Source of the DNA: a virus
Taxonomy: Duplodnaviria > Caudoviricetes
Reading direction: 5' to 3' (one strand)
IMG/VR virus record: IMGVR_UViG_2926471356_000005
Location: 16,798-80,797 of that record
DNA length: 64,000 nt
Shown here one piece after another: positions 1-7,876 of the stretch. Both the position numbers and the translations under genes were made by a program. Numbering within the stretch: the first letter of the stretch is position 1; each line of letters opens with the position of its first letter. The notes below the pieces were generated by a model that was given only the letters and a program-made list of their open reading frames with translations, searched no databases and was not told where the DNA came from.

Positions 1-88
1 AAGAAAGCGGGGTACGCACGTTACCCTTGTTAAACAGCATTCCGGAATAGTTCAGAACGCCTAAACTGGTTGCAAACGTATCTGCCAT
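1..88 (-). CDS. Major capsid protein, N-terminus (partial)
   Basis: MADTFATSLGVLNYSGMLFNKGNVRTPLS; GGAGG RBS; directly follows the scaffold gene. Confidence 0.7.
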   Translation of the reverse strand, partial: MADTFATSLGVLNYSGMLFNKGNVRTPLS

Positions 89-107
89 TGTCTTTTACCT
101 CCGATTT

Positions 108-698
108 TTACTCTTTCATCTGATTCGCTTCATCCTGCGCTTTCAGACGTGTATAGTAGGCAACTGCGGTCAAATCGCCGCTTGCCTGCGCTTCTTCGAT
201 TTTCTTAGCGTAATCCATGCCGCCCGTCCCATCAGAACCCGCAGCAGGTCTGGGAGTTTTCTTCATCTGTTCAGCACGAATTGCCTTTTCACGGGACTCA
301 TTGAACGTAACCTGGTTCTTCATAACCGTGTCCATATCGCCGTCAACCATTGCGATAGCAGTACTGTCAGCAAGTTTCTCATCGTAGCCCATAGCTACCA
401 GTTTGGTCTTTTTGTCTGCCAGAGCGATAGAACGCTTCAAATCGGTATTCTCCTGGGTCAGCTTGTCCATGGTTGCTTTCTGTTCAGCGGCAGCGGCTTC
501 ATCAGCAGTCTGCTTACCTCTTAACTGCTTTTTGTAATCAGCAGCTTCGGAATTGGCTTTAGAAAGCTGTGCTTTCAGACGATTGATTTCAGCGTCATTA
601 TTCTGACCTGCACCCGCAGCCTGTAAAGCAGTAGAAATCTCTTCCTCAGTCATACCTTCCTTGTAGGAATCCCCAAGCAAATCACTTAAATAACTCAT
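108..698 (-). CDS. Phage capsid scaffolding protein (DUF4355-like)
   Basis: 196 aa, coiled-coil, Ala/Glu/Lys-rich, KKTPRP then short C-terminal helix; lies between minor head and capsid genes. Confidence 0.8.
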   Translation of the reverse strand: MSYLSDLLGDSYKEGMTEEEISTALQAAGAGQNNDAEINRLKAQLSKANSEAADYKKQLRGKQTADEAAAAEQKATMDKLTQENTDLKRSIALADKKTKLVAMGYDEKLADSTAIAMVDGDMDTVMKNQVTFNESREKAIRAEQMKKTPRPAAGSDGTGGMDYAKKIEEAQASGDLTAVAYYTRLKAQDEANQMKE

Positions 699-712
699 TA
701 TAAAGTCCTCCT

Positions 713-792
713 TGCGTTTTAAGGTGTTCCCTCACCGTGTTCTTCTGTTTTATCCTCTTGTCTGAGTGTGCGTTTTAAGGTGTTCCCTCACC
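713..792 (-). repeat. 24-bp direct repeat x2 in the scaffold leader
   Basis: TGCGTTTTAAGGTGTTCCCTCACC at 713-736 and 769-792. Confidence 0.9.
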
Positions 793-803
793 ATACAAGC
801 AGG

Positions 804-1406
804 TCAATCCTGCGAAGTATCAGTTTCAAGTTTCAATACACAGCGGCAGTTCACATTATTCTCTGCCTTAGTGAACTCACCAGGTCTGGAAGCATGGTCA
901 CCATCAAAGGTATAAAACTCTTCGTCCAGAGCCACACTTACACCTTCCAGGTATTTGTGAGTATCCCGAACGGCTTCATCCCGGACAGTTACCCATTTCT
1001 TTGAGACTCCCAGTCCTCTTGTAGACTGAAACTCATAGGCTCCATCCTCTTCCGCTGCATTGAATACCCGGTGATATTCGGATTCGACTAACGTCTGTAA
1101 GCCCGACAAATCCCCGGCTATCACATGGTCAGCGATTCTATCCTCAAAGGTTTTACCGTCTATCACCTCATAAATAGCTTCCTCCATGGAATCCACGTCT
1201 ACGGTCAAATCGTAGGCAAGCATATCTGCCGTGGCTGTAATGCCCTGCTGATAAGCCCGAATGAGGAGTGATAAAATGTCATCCGCAATCTGAGCAACCT
1301 TTGAGGTCATATCCTTCCCGGAAGCGGAGTAATAACTGGTGGAAGTCAGAATGTTAAGTTCATCAAACGCAGCAATATAAGCTAAAAATGTATTATTCAT
1401 AGGCAA
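804..1406 (-). CDS. Minor head morphogenesis protein (SPP1 gp7/MuF-like)
   Basis: KKWVTVRDEAVRDTH...NNVNCRC motifs; downstream of portal. Confidence 0.85.
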   Translation of the reverse strand: MPMNNTFLAYIAAFDELNILTSTSYYSASGKDMTSKVAQIADDILSLLIRAYQQGITATADMLAYDLTVDVDSMEEAIYEVIDGKTFEDRIADHVIAGDLSGLQTLVESEYHRVFNAAEEDGAYEFQSTRGLGVSKKWVTVRDEAVRDTHKYLEGVSVALDEEFYTFDGDHASRPGEFTKAENNVNCRCVLKLETDTSQD

Positions 1407-1443
1407 AATAAAAAGGGACTATGAGTTCGTCACTCACAGTCCC
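1405..1443 (-). terminator. Intrinsic terminator between portal and minor head genes
   Basis: GGGACTGTGAGT-GACGA-ACTCATAGTCCC then TTTTTATTTT on the minus strand. Confidence 0.8.
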
Positions 1444-1473
1444 ATTGGACTCACCAGAACCTCTGCCCTGGTG

Positions 1474-1611
1474 TTACTCTTTCATTCTCATCTTGCGTTT
1501 GATTTCAACAATCGTAACCTTGCCCTGCTCAATCAGCACTTCCACTCTGCTGCCGTGCTTGAGCAGCGTTTCCACCTGCTGCACCATTTCCTTTGTCAGT
1601 ATTGGAGTCAT
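1474..1611 (-). CDS. Small basic protein (45 aa) overlapping the portal 3' end
   Basis: MTPILTKEMVQQVETLLKHGSRVEVLIEQGKVTIVEIKRKMRMKE; AGGAGG RBS at 1621-1626. Confidence 0.65.
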   Translation of the reverse strand: MTPILTKEMVQQVETLLKHGSRVEVLIEQGKVTIVEIKRKMRMKE

Positions 1612-3055
1612 CGGTTTCATCCTCCTTTTCCGTATTCTGCTTTTCAAGCAACTCCTGTGCTTTCTTCTCCTGTTCCTCTGCATATTCCGCACTTAATGTG
1701 TATGCCAGGTCAGAATCAACAAACAATCCGCAATGCTCAAAAGCAAGCCGTGGATGAATCTTACTGTTCTTCAACATAAGGTCAAGCACCTGCGCTTTTT
1801 GCAGAATGTTTTCGTAATTTCTTCGGGTAAAGCGAATTTCAATATTGCAAACCTTCAAGTCCATACCTTTCAGAGTTTTGCAGATATTCAGAATCAGTTT
1901 AAGGAAAATCCTCTCACTCTTCTTGAACATCAATTCGCTGTCCTTTGCTCTCGCTTCCGCAGCAGACCAACCATCTCTCATAATAACCGCAGACCCGGTA
2001 TCACTGGTAGACGTACCGCCGTTGCGGTTCGGCATACCACAGATAGTTAATACCGTCTGGTACATATGGTCAATCAGAGTTTGCGTTTCGCCCTGGTTCA
2101 GAGTACTGGTCAGATAAGATACTTCGGCTTTCAACTGAGGGTCAATATCCCGGAACTTAATAGCCCCGTCCTCTCTCAGCTTCTCATAATCGTCAGACGA
2201 AATATCTACGTTATGGAAAAGCATGAGTGCCTGGATGAACTGTTCAACACCATCCTGGCGGTTACTGTCCGTAAGGTTAATAGCGTCCAGAAGAGGAATA
2301 ACCAACTCAAACGCACCGATACGGGCAATGTTCAGAGGATATTCAATAATTGGAATATCACCCAGAATGTGCGGCTCTGCCTTGATGATATGAGATTCTA
2401 CAATCTCAAAATACTCATGGTCAGAGTAGCAACTATAGTGAACTATGCCGTTGTCATCCACCACATACTTGACACCCAGAAGCGGCTTGTTTCCAAGACC
2501 GTTGTTGTACACCACAAAGGCGTTTCGTGGGTCAAGCGTATAAATTTCAAACGGGGAGTCATCATCCTCACCTACGTCCTCATCTGGAAGAACCATTCTG
2601 AAAGACGTACCGCAGATATGGAACCAGTCAGCAAGTTCCTTATCTTTTGCAGGCTTCTCTTCGGCAAACACAAATTCGTTAAGCTGATTGATTGCGTCAG
2701 ATAAGTTATCACCGTTACCACGGGAAACATACTGTAGAGGTTCGCCCATCAAGTAGCCAGACTTGAAGGACACAATCTCATTCGCCCGGTTCTCTACGAT
2801 TTTATTACAAATCTCTGGACGAACCTGTTTCTCACGGTTGAGAATCGGCTGTAATCCTCTGTAGTAGTACCACAGATATTGAATTTCACTGCGATTCTCC
2901 CAGTGATAAGGAAGTGCCTTATTGAGAATCGCAACCACGTTCTCAACGGTCACTTCGGTTTCATCAGACTTTATCATGCGTCTACCGTATAAACCGAAAG
3001 ACACGCAAGCCACCTCCAATCCTAATATTTCTATTGTAATTATAGTACTCTCCAA
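1529..3055 (-). CDS. Phage portal protein (SPP1 gp6-like); true start probably GTG near 3004
   Basis: YYRGLQPIL...NKIVENRANEIVSFKSGYLMGEP; size and position after terL. Confidence 0.9.
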   Translation of the reverse strand: MESTIITIEILGLEVACVSFGLYGRRMIKSDETEVTVENVVAILNKALPYHWENRSEIQYLWYYYRGLQPILNREKQVRPEICNKIVENRANEIVSFKSGYLMGEPLQYVSRGNGDNLSDAINQLNEFVFAEEKPAKDKELADWFHICGTSFRMVLPDEDVGEDDDSPFEIYTLDPRNAFVVYNNGLGNKPLLGVKYVVDDNGIVHYSCYSDHEYFEIVESHIIKAEPHILGDIPIIEYPLNIARIGAFELVIPLLDAINLTDSNRQDGVEQFIQALMLFHNVDISSDDYEKLREDGAIKFRDIDPQLKAEVSYLTSTLNQGETQTLIDHMYQTVLTICGMPNRNGGTSTSDTGSAVIMRDGWSAAEARAKDSELMFKKSERIFLKLILNICKTLKGMDLKVCNIEIRFTRRNYENILQKAQVLDLMLKNSKIHPRLAFEHCGLFVDSDLAYTLSAEYAEEQEKKAQELLEKQNTEKEDETDDSNTDKGNGAAGGNAAQARQQSGSAD

Positions 3056-3067
3056 TTGTTATTTCAA
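3039..3067 (-). promoter_or_regulatory. Sigma-A-type promoter upstream of portal
   Basis: TTGAAA-17 nt-TATAAT on the minus strand. Confidence 0.65.
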
Positions 3068-3106
3068 GAGGTTTCTTGATAATAGGTTTGGAGAGTTTCA
3101 CATAAA

Positions 3107-4792
3107 TTAACACGGTCTTTTGAACACCTCAACCTTCGCTCCTACCAGTCCACGCAGTTCATTCTCAAGCAGAGAAAGAGAGTCTGGTGCGTCATCGTGC
3201 GGCACTTTACCAGACCGGGTGTAGGTTGTAACCTGCTTCATAAACATGGCATACTGACTGTTCCGTGCATAGAGTGACGGGTCTTTGAAGTAAAAGTGCT
3301 TGATTATATTATCAGAAGCAAACTCAATACGGGTCTGCTTATTACTAATAGTCCTCTTCGTTCGAATATTACAGACATACTTTCGGTCGATCAAAATCTG
3401 CTGTACATCCCTGGCAAAATATGTACCTGCATTATTCGACTCAAAGGTTCCTGCCACCACAAGATTGTCCATCAGAGCCTTTGCACACTCTGGCTTCGTA
3501 ACCTCTGGCGGGGAGTCATCGAACACTACATCCACTATGTAGACCTCATCTCCGTACACCGCAGCAATCGGCATAGAACAATAGTCAGCACCCTTGTCCG
3601 CAGTATCGCAGACGGCAATAATACTGTCTGGCTCACGGTCTACAGGGAGTTCAAAGTATCGGTTCAAGGACGCTTCCGGGAAAAGAATGCCCTTCGCTTC
3701 AAACGGCTGCTGCTGAAACTCAGACTCAAACTGCTCTGCCGAAAGCATTTCTCTCTGGTCACGGAAATACTGCGTGGTGAAAACCTTCCTACCCTCACGA
3801 ATGTATTCAAAGTTACTCTCATCCGTTACAGGGTCAAGAGCCGGGGTTTCAATAATCTTGCACCGCTTACCCTGCTTCTGCATTTCCTCCTGCAAATGAC
3901 CGATAGGGTCATACAGTGAATATCGTGTACCGCAGATAACGATAGGCGTACCCTCAATGGCACGTCCTATAATATCACCAGAAATGACCTCCCACTTATC
4001 ATCAAGCCGCTGTCTATTTTTCGCTTCTTCACGTCCTTCAACGCAGTCATCCAGGTAGAGAAGGTTAGTTGCTTCCGAAAGACCTACCTGCCGTGCGTCA
4101 ATAGAACGGCACATGACCGTAGGGAATCGGGACTTATGCAGAAGGTTGATGACTTTCGTATCGGCATTGGTCTGTACCAGTTTGCTCTCCGGGAAAATAT
4201 CATAAAAATGATAATCGTTCGGCTGCTGAATGTACTCAAGACAACCTTTATAGAAAGACTGAACAAGATCATCACCTGTACCCTCCATCAGCGTAGAGCG
4301 GTCTGGGAACTTTCCAGAAAGCATATTCGTAAAGTTAATACCAAGCTGAGACTTGCCACATCGTTTCGGCATGGAGATGGACAAGAAGTCCAGTTTTCCC
4401 TCAAGAACTTCCTGGTATCCTTCCACATACCGTCTAAGGTAATGACGGCGAGGAAGATAGAACTTCTTGTCAAGCGGCTTACCGTACTCTACCGCCTGTA
4501 AGTATGCGTCAAAATAGTGGGGCGCACAAAACAGCAAGGAACGAAACAGCAGATTGTCAAATTCCTCTGCCGTCTTGAAATCTCTGGTATCTACTGCCAG
4601 TTTCAGTCCTGCTCTGATTTCCTCCTGCAAAGCCTGGTTCCATTCGTGAGCCAGTCGGAACTCTGTCCCCTCATAATCACGGCACAGCGCGAACTTATCA
4701 TCATAGGCTGCAACATCAAGCGGACTCTTTAGGATAGCCCGGTCAATGCTACTTTTCATCTTACTATAATCCATACATACCTCCGTAAACAA
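3107..4792 (-). CDS. terL: Terminase large subunit
   Basis: Walker A MPKRCGKS, Walker B LLYLDD, motif III GTRY, C-terminal nuclease HDDAPDS. Confidence 0.93.
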   Translation of the reverse strand: MFTEVCMDYSKMKSSIDRAILKSPLDVAAYDDKFALCRDYEGTEFRLAHEWNQALQEEIRAGLKLAVDTRDFKTAEEFDNLLFRSLLFCAPHYFDAYLQAVEYGKPLDKKFYLPRRHYLRRYVEGYQEVLEGKLDFLSISMPKRCGKSQLGINFTNMLSGKFPDRSTLMEGTGDDLVQSFYKGCLEYIQQPNDYHFYDIFPESKLVQTNADTKVINLLHKSRFPTVMCRSIDARQVGLSEATNLLYLDDCVEGREEAKNRQRLDDKWEVISGDIIGRAIEGTPIVICGTRYSLYDPIGHLQEEMQKQGKRCKIIETPALDPVTDESNFEYIREGRKVFTTQYFRDQREMLSAEQFESEFQQQPFEAKGILFPEASLNRYFELPVDREPDSIIAVCDTADKGADYCSMPIAAVYGDEVYIVDVVFDDSPPEVTKPECAKALMDNLVVAGTFESNNAGTYFARDVQQILIDRKYVCNIRTKRTISNKQTRIEFASDNIIKHFYFKDPSLYARNSQYAMFMKQVTTYTRSGKVPHDDAPDSLSLLENELRGLVGAKVEVFKRPC

Positions 4793-4824
4793 AAAATGGA
4801 ACCGTCAATTAAGACAGTCCCATT
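4790..4824 (-). terminator. Intrinsic terminator directly upstream of terL
   Basis: ATGGGACTGTC-TTAATT-GACGGTTCCAT then TTTTTG on the minus strand. Confidence 0.7.
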
Positions 4825-4840
4825 GGACAAAAACCGCAAC

Positions 4841-4993
4841 TTACTTGCAGTTATATATTAACTTAAAAGGCAGGCTCAAGCACCATACCACAGGTCTGAT
4901 TACAATGTTCCAGGTGACCCATGCACAAAGCCAGAAAAAGGATTTAATGCACCACCACAGGAACCACAGACAGCAGAACAAAATATAGAACAT
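4841..4993 (-). CDS. 50-aa Trp/Cys-rich hydrophobic peptide (not in ORF track)
   Basis: MFYILFCCLWFLWWCIKSFFWLCAWVTWNIVIRPVVWCLSLPFKLIYNCK; AAAGGATGGT RBS-like sequence upstream. Confidence 0.55.
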   Translation of the reverse strand: MFYILFCCLWFLWWCIKSFFWLCAWVTWNIVIRPVVWCLSLPFKLIYNCK

Positions 4994-5018
4994 GGTTTCA
5001 CCATCCTTTCTCTTAGCG

Positions 5019-5107
5019 TGGTAGGGTAAATCAGAAAATCTGTATAAGTTTTCTTAGTAGAGTCTTTACTATAAAAACTTAGTGAAAAACTCGATTTTAC
5101 CCTACCA
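5019..5107. repeat. 89-bp imperfect palindrome, copy A
   Basis: Outer arms TGGTAGGGTAAA...TTTACCCTACCA; inner arms TAAGTTTTCTTAGTA...TACTATAAAAACTTA; reverse complement aligns ungapped to 8627-8715. Confidence 0.9.
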
Positions 5108-5348
5108 TGTCTGTCTGACCAACCTCATATCCACCTTCGGGGGTAGGCGTTTCATCGGGAACAACCACGATTTTATATCCCATAACGCTCAACATATTAC
5201 CCAGTTTTGCGACTGTAGTGTTATCGCTCTTCTTTGGATTCAGTCTATCCCAGAGAGCCGCCTGCGTAATTCCAAGGGTCTTTGCCATCTCAGCATTCGT
5301 TATATCATGCTCTACCATCAGAGTCTTAATCAGTTCTTTTGAAGTCAT
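5097..5348 (-). CDS. XRE/Cro-like HTH regulator
   Basis: ITNAEMAKTLGITQAALWDRLN HTH; GGAGG RBS. Confidence 0.85.
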   Translation of the reverse strand: MTSKELIKTLMVEHDITNAEMAKTLGITQAALWDRLNPKKSDNTTVAKLGNMLSVMGYKIVVVPDETPTPEGGYEVGQTDMVG

Positions 5349-5371
5349 ACGTTTTCCTCCTGTTCAAGATA

Positions 5372-5412
5372 AGGATAGCATTAAAGTTTTATCTTGTCAA
5401 GTTATATCTTGA
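5372..5412 (-). promoter_or_regulatory. Promoter of HTH gene with two palindromic operators
   Basis: TTGACA (5395-5400)-17 nt-TGn-TATCCT (5372-5377); T(C/A)AAG-N6-CTTG(A/T) at 5382-5397 and 5397-5412. Confidence 0.8.
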
Positions 5413-5562
5413 TTCTTTTTTATTTTTGCGGGATTTTCCAGGCTCACCCACCCAGGCTGCCTGGGGTCTGTATCCCCCGCCGGGGGTCTGTCCCTGGGAT
5501 GATCTGGACAGCCTGCACCACAGGCAGAACGGCGGGACGTGGTGAAAAAGTTTAAAAGCTTT

Positions 5563-5623
5563 TCAAGAAATATCTTGACAATAAAGATATATCTTGATAT
5601 ACTTGCATCAAGATAAAACTTGA
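5563..5623 (+). promoter_or_regulatory. Near-consensus extended -10 promoter with three operators
   Basis: TTGACA 5575-5580, 17 nt, TGn-TATACT 5598-5603; operators at 5563-5578, 5582-5597, 5608-5623. Confidence 0.85.
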
Positions 5624-5685
5624 TAAACAAGTTTGAAATCACAGCCGCCCGCCAGGGCAGCACCAACAAATTGGAGGTTAATATT

Positions 5686-6078
5686 ATGTATGATTATTTA
5701 GAGCATGTGATCGCAGACGTTAAGGACTATGTAGAAGAAGAAATTGACTTGACAGAATGGGCAGGTAACCGGGACGGATTAGAAGAAGAATTAAACGATG
5801 ATCTTTGGACGTGCGACAGCGTCACGGGCAACGCTTCCGGGTCTTACTATTATAACGCCTGGAAAGCTGAGGAAGCATTAGCGCACAATTGGGATTTATT
5901 AGCGGAAGCCCTGGAAGAGTTCGGACAGGACGGAACGGACGTATTAAGAGAAGGCGCGGAAGCTATGGACGTAACAATTAGATGTTATCTGTTAGGGCAG
6001 GCTGTAGCCGCTGTACTTGATGACCTGGAAGAAGATGGAGCGTTTGAAGAAGAGGAAGAAGAGGAAGAAGAGAACTAA
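5686..6078 (+). CDS. Highly acidic protein, candidate Ocr-like DNA mimic
   Basis: 130 aa from ATG 5686 (GGAGG RBS); by hand count about 41 D/E versus 5 K/R; poly-E tail. Confidence 0.65.
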   Translation: MYDYLEHVIADVKDYVEEEIDLTEWAGNRDGLEEELNDDLWTCDSVTGNASGSYYYNAWKAEEALAHNWDLLAEALEEFGQDGTDVLREGAEAMDVTIRCYLLGQAVAAVLDDLEEDGAFEEEEEEEEEN

Positions 6079-6215
6079 TAAACACGTTGCGCCGTGTATA
6101 AATAGCCAGTTAAGGCGCAAGCGTCCCGGCACTTTGCCGGGGGTCTGGAAAGTGTAGGCTTTCAAACCTGCACCACAGAAAAAGAACCGATAAATAGCAA
6201 AATGCACAAAGGAGG

Positions 6216-6494
6216 GTGCAAGCTGGGATGAAATACGATAATTGCAAAATGACGGACAACGAAAACACTGTATATAATTATTTTAATACGGTTATTGTCA
6301 ACGGGTGGACGTGGCAACGTCTAACCCCGGAAGAGCGGGAACGCTTCAAAACTTGCGTTGATTTTAGCAGAATTAAAGGAAACGCAAGGCAGCGGGTCGA
6401 AGTGCTTAATATGCTTTATAGTGCATTCTTGCACGGTATAGGCTACAAGCCTATAGGGTGGAGAGAATCAGACCCCGAAGCCCCAAATTTTTAA
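6216..6494 (+). CDS. Hypothetical protein
   Basis: ORF preceded by AAGGAGG, same strand as neighbours; start uncertain (6228 or 6249). Confidence 0.7.
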   Translation: MQAGMKYDNCKMTDNENTVYNYFNTVIVNGWTWQRLTPEERERFKTCVDFSRIKGNARQRVEVLNMLYSAFLHGIGYKPIGWRESDPEAPNF

Positions 6495-6515
6495 CAGAAA
6501 GAAGGTTATAAAGCT

Positions 6516-6785
6516 ATGACTAAATTAGATCGCTTGTTTTTACGTCTTGAAAAAGACGGCTTTACCGTCAAAAAAAGTGAGCTTTGCAATATTGATTGTA
6601 CAGGGCTCAACGCCCCGGTTTTAATTATTGATACCAATTATGAAGGGCTGTACCCGCCTAAATCGGTATTCGATAAACTGGGAATGATCAGGCATATTTG
6701 TAAAAACCGTTTTTCAGTGCAGGCACGCGGCTATTATACAGCCGTATTTATTCGCGAATGGTTACCCGATGAAAAGCACTTATAA
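6516..6785 (+). CDS. Hypothetical protein
   Basis: 89 aa, GAAGG RBS, operon position. Confidence 0.7.
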   Translation: MTKLDRLFLRLEKDGFTVKKSELCNIDCTGLNAPVLIIDTNYEGLYPPKSVFDKLGMIRHICKNRFSVQARGYYTAVFIREWLPDEKHL

Positions 6786-6835
6786 AACAGCCCCGCCGCC
6801 GTGCGGGGTATTCTTATATAAGGAGGCGTAAAACA

Positions 6836-7570
6836 TTGTTTAGAAAGACCTGGGAAACACCACAGGGGCACTATTATAACCTGTATGCCGATATGCTACA
6901 ACAACCGCATTTACTTGTAGCGGGGGCAACGGGTAGCGGAAAAAGCGTGATCATAAACGGCATAATAACAACGGCATTAAAGGACAGCCCCGCCGCCGTG
7001 CAATTTATATTTATAGACCCTAAACGGGTTGAACTTGTAGACTTTAGACCGTTGCCGCATACGCTTAATTATGCAAGTGAACCGGGGGGCATGGTACAGG
7101 CTTTACAGCTTGCCATAGATACCACAGAACGCCGCTATAAAGAAATGCAACGGCAACACCTTAAACAATACCCGGGTGGGGCGGTATACGTTGTTATAGA
7201 TGAGCTTGCGGACTTAATGACCACAGCCCGCCGCCAGGTGCAGCCGCTTATACAACGCCTTGCGCAAATAGGCAGAGCCGCAAACGTCCACGTTATAGCC
7301 GCCACACAATGCCCATTATCCGCTGTCATCCCTACCCCGATAAAAGTAAACTTTGATAGCCGGATAGGACTTAGAACCCGTAGCAGGCAGGACAGCCGCA
7401 ATATTTTAGGCGTTCCCGGTTGTGAGTGCCTGCCCCGTTACGGACAGGGGTATTATATGACCCCGGCAGGCTTGACGCTGTACAATATACCCATGTACAG
7501 CCCCGCCGAGGTACAGCGGCTTATAAACTATTGGAAGCACCACAGCCGCCCTAACTTGCGTTGGTTATAA
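6836..7570 (+). CDS. Stand-alone FtsK/SpoIIIE motor-domain ATPase
   Basis: HLLVAGATGSGKS, IDPKRVEL, VVIDELADL, LAQIGRAANVHVIAATQ; no TM or gamma domain; AAGGAGG RBS. Confidence 0.9.
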   Translation: MFRKTWETPQGHYYNLYADMLQQPHLLVAGATGSGKSVIINGIITTALKDSPAAVQFIFIDPKRVELVDFRPLPHTLNYASEPGGMVQALQLAIDTTERRYKEMQRQHLKQYPGGAVYVVIDELADLMTTARRQVQPLIQRLAQIGRAANVHVIAATQCPLSAVIPTPIKVNFDSRIGLRTRSRQDSRNILGVPGCECLPRYGQGYYMTPAGLTLYNIPMYSPAEVQRLINYWKHHSRPNLRWL

Positions 7571-7578
7571 CGCACGAA

Positions 7579-7614
7579 ATCCCGGACAGGTTCACAGCCT
7601 GCCGGGGTTCTTTT
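7579..7614 (+). terminator. Terminator ending the + strand cassette
   Basis: ATCCCGG...CAGG...CCTGCCGGGGT hairpin then TCTTTT. Confidence 0.6.
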
Positions 7615-7876
7615 ATGTCTATTTATATGCCCTCACAGCCCCACAGAGCCGCCCAGGACGGGCGCAAGCCATGCGGGGCTATACACTTATACTATAACAG
7701 GATAAAAAGCCGTCAAAAGGGCGCAGAGCGTCCACGGCAGCACCCCGGGCGGCGGGTGGTCTGTCCCTGTCCCACGCCTTGAACGCATGGTAAACCCCCG
7801 CAGCCTGGGCGGGTGGGTCTGCCGCAGGGTAGGCAGCAGGCGGGCAGGGGTTGCCGCTCTTCTGCGACTTTTGAAA

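Noticed and set aside
713-792. Mini CRISPR array (24-bp repeats, 32-bp spacer)
   Set aside because: Only two repeats, no cas genes, and the spacer is itself a degenerate unit; better explained as leader hairpins
5443-7817. Insertion sequence or transposon
   Set aside because: No transposase and no evident target duplication
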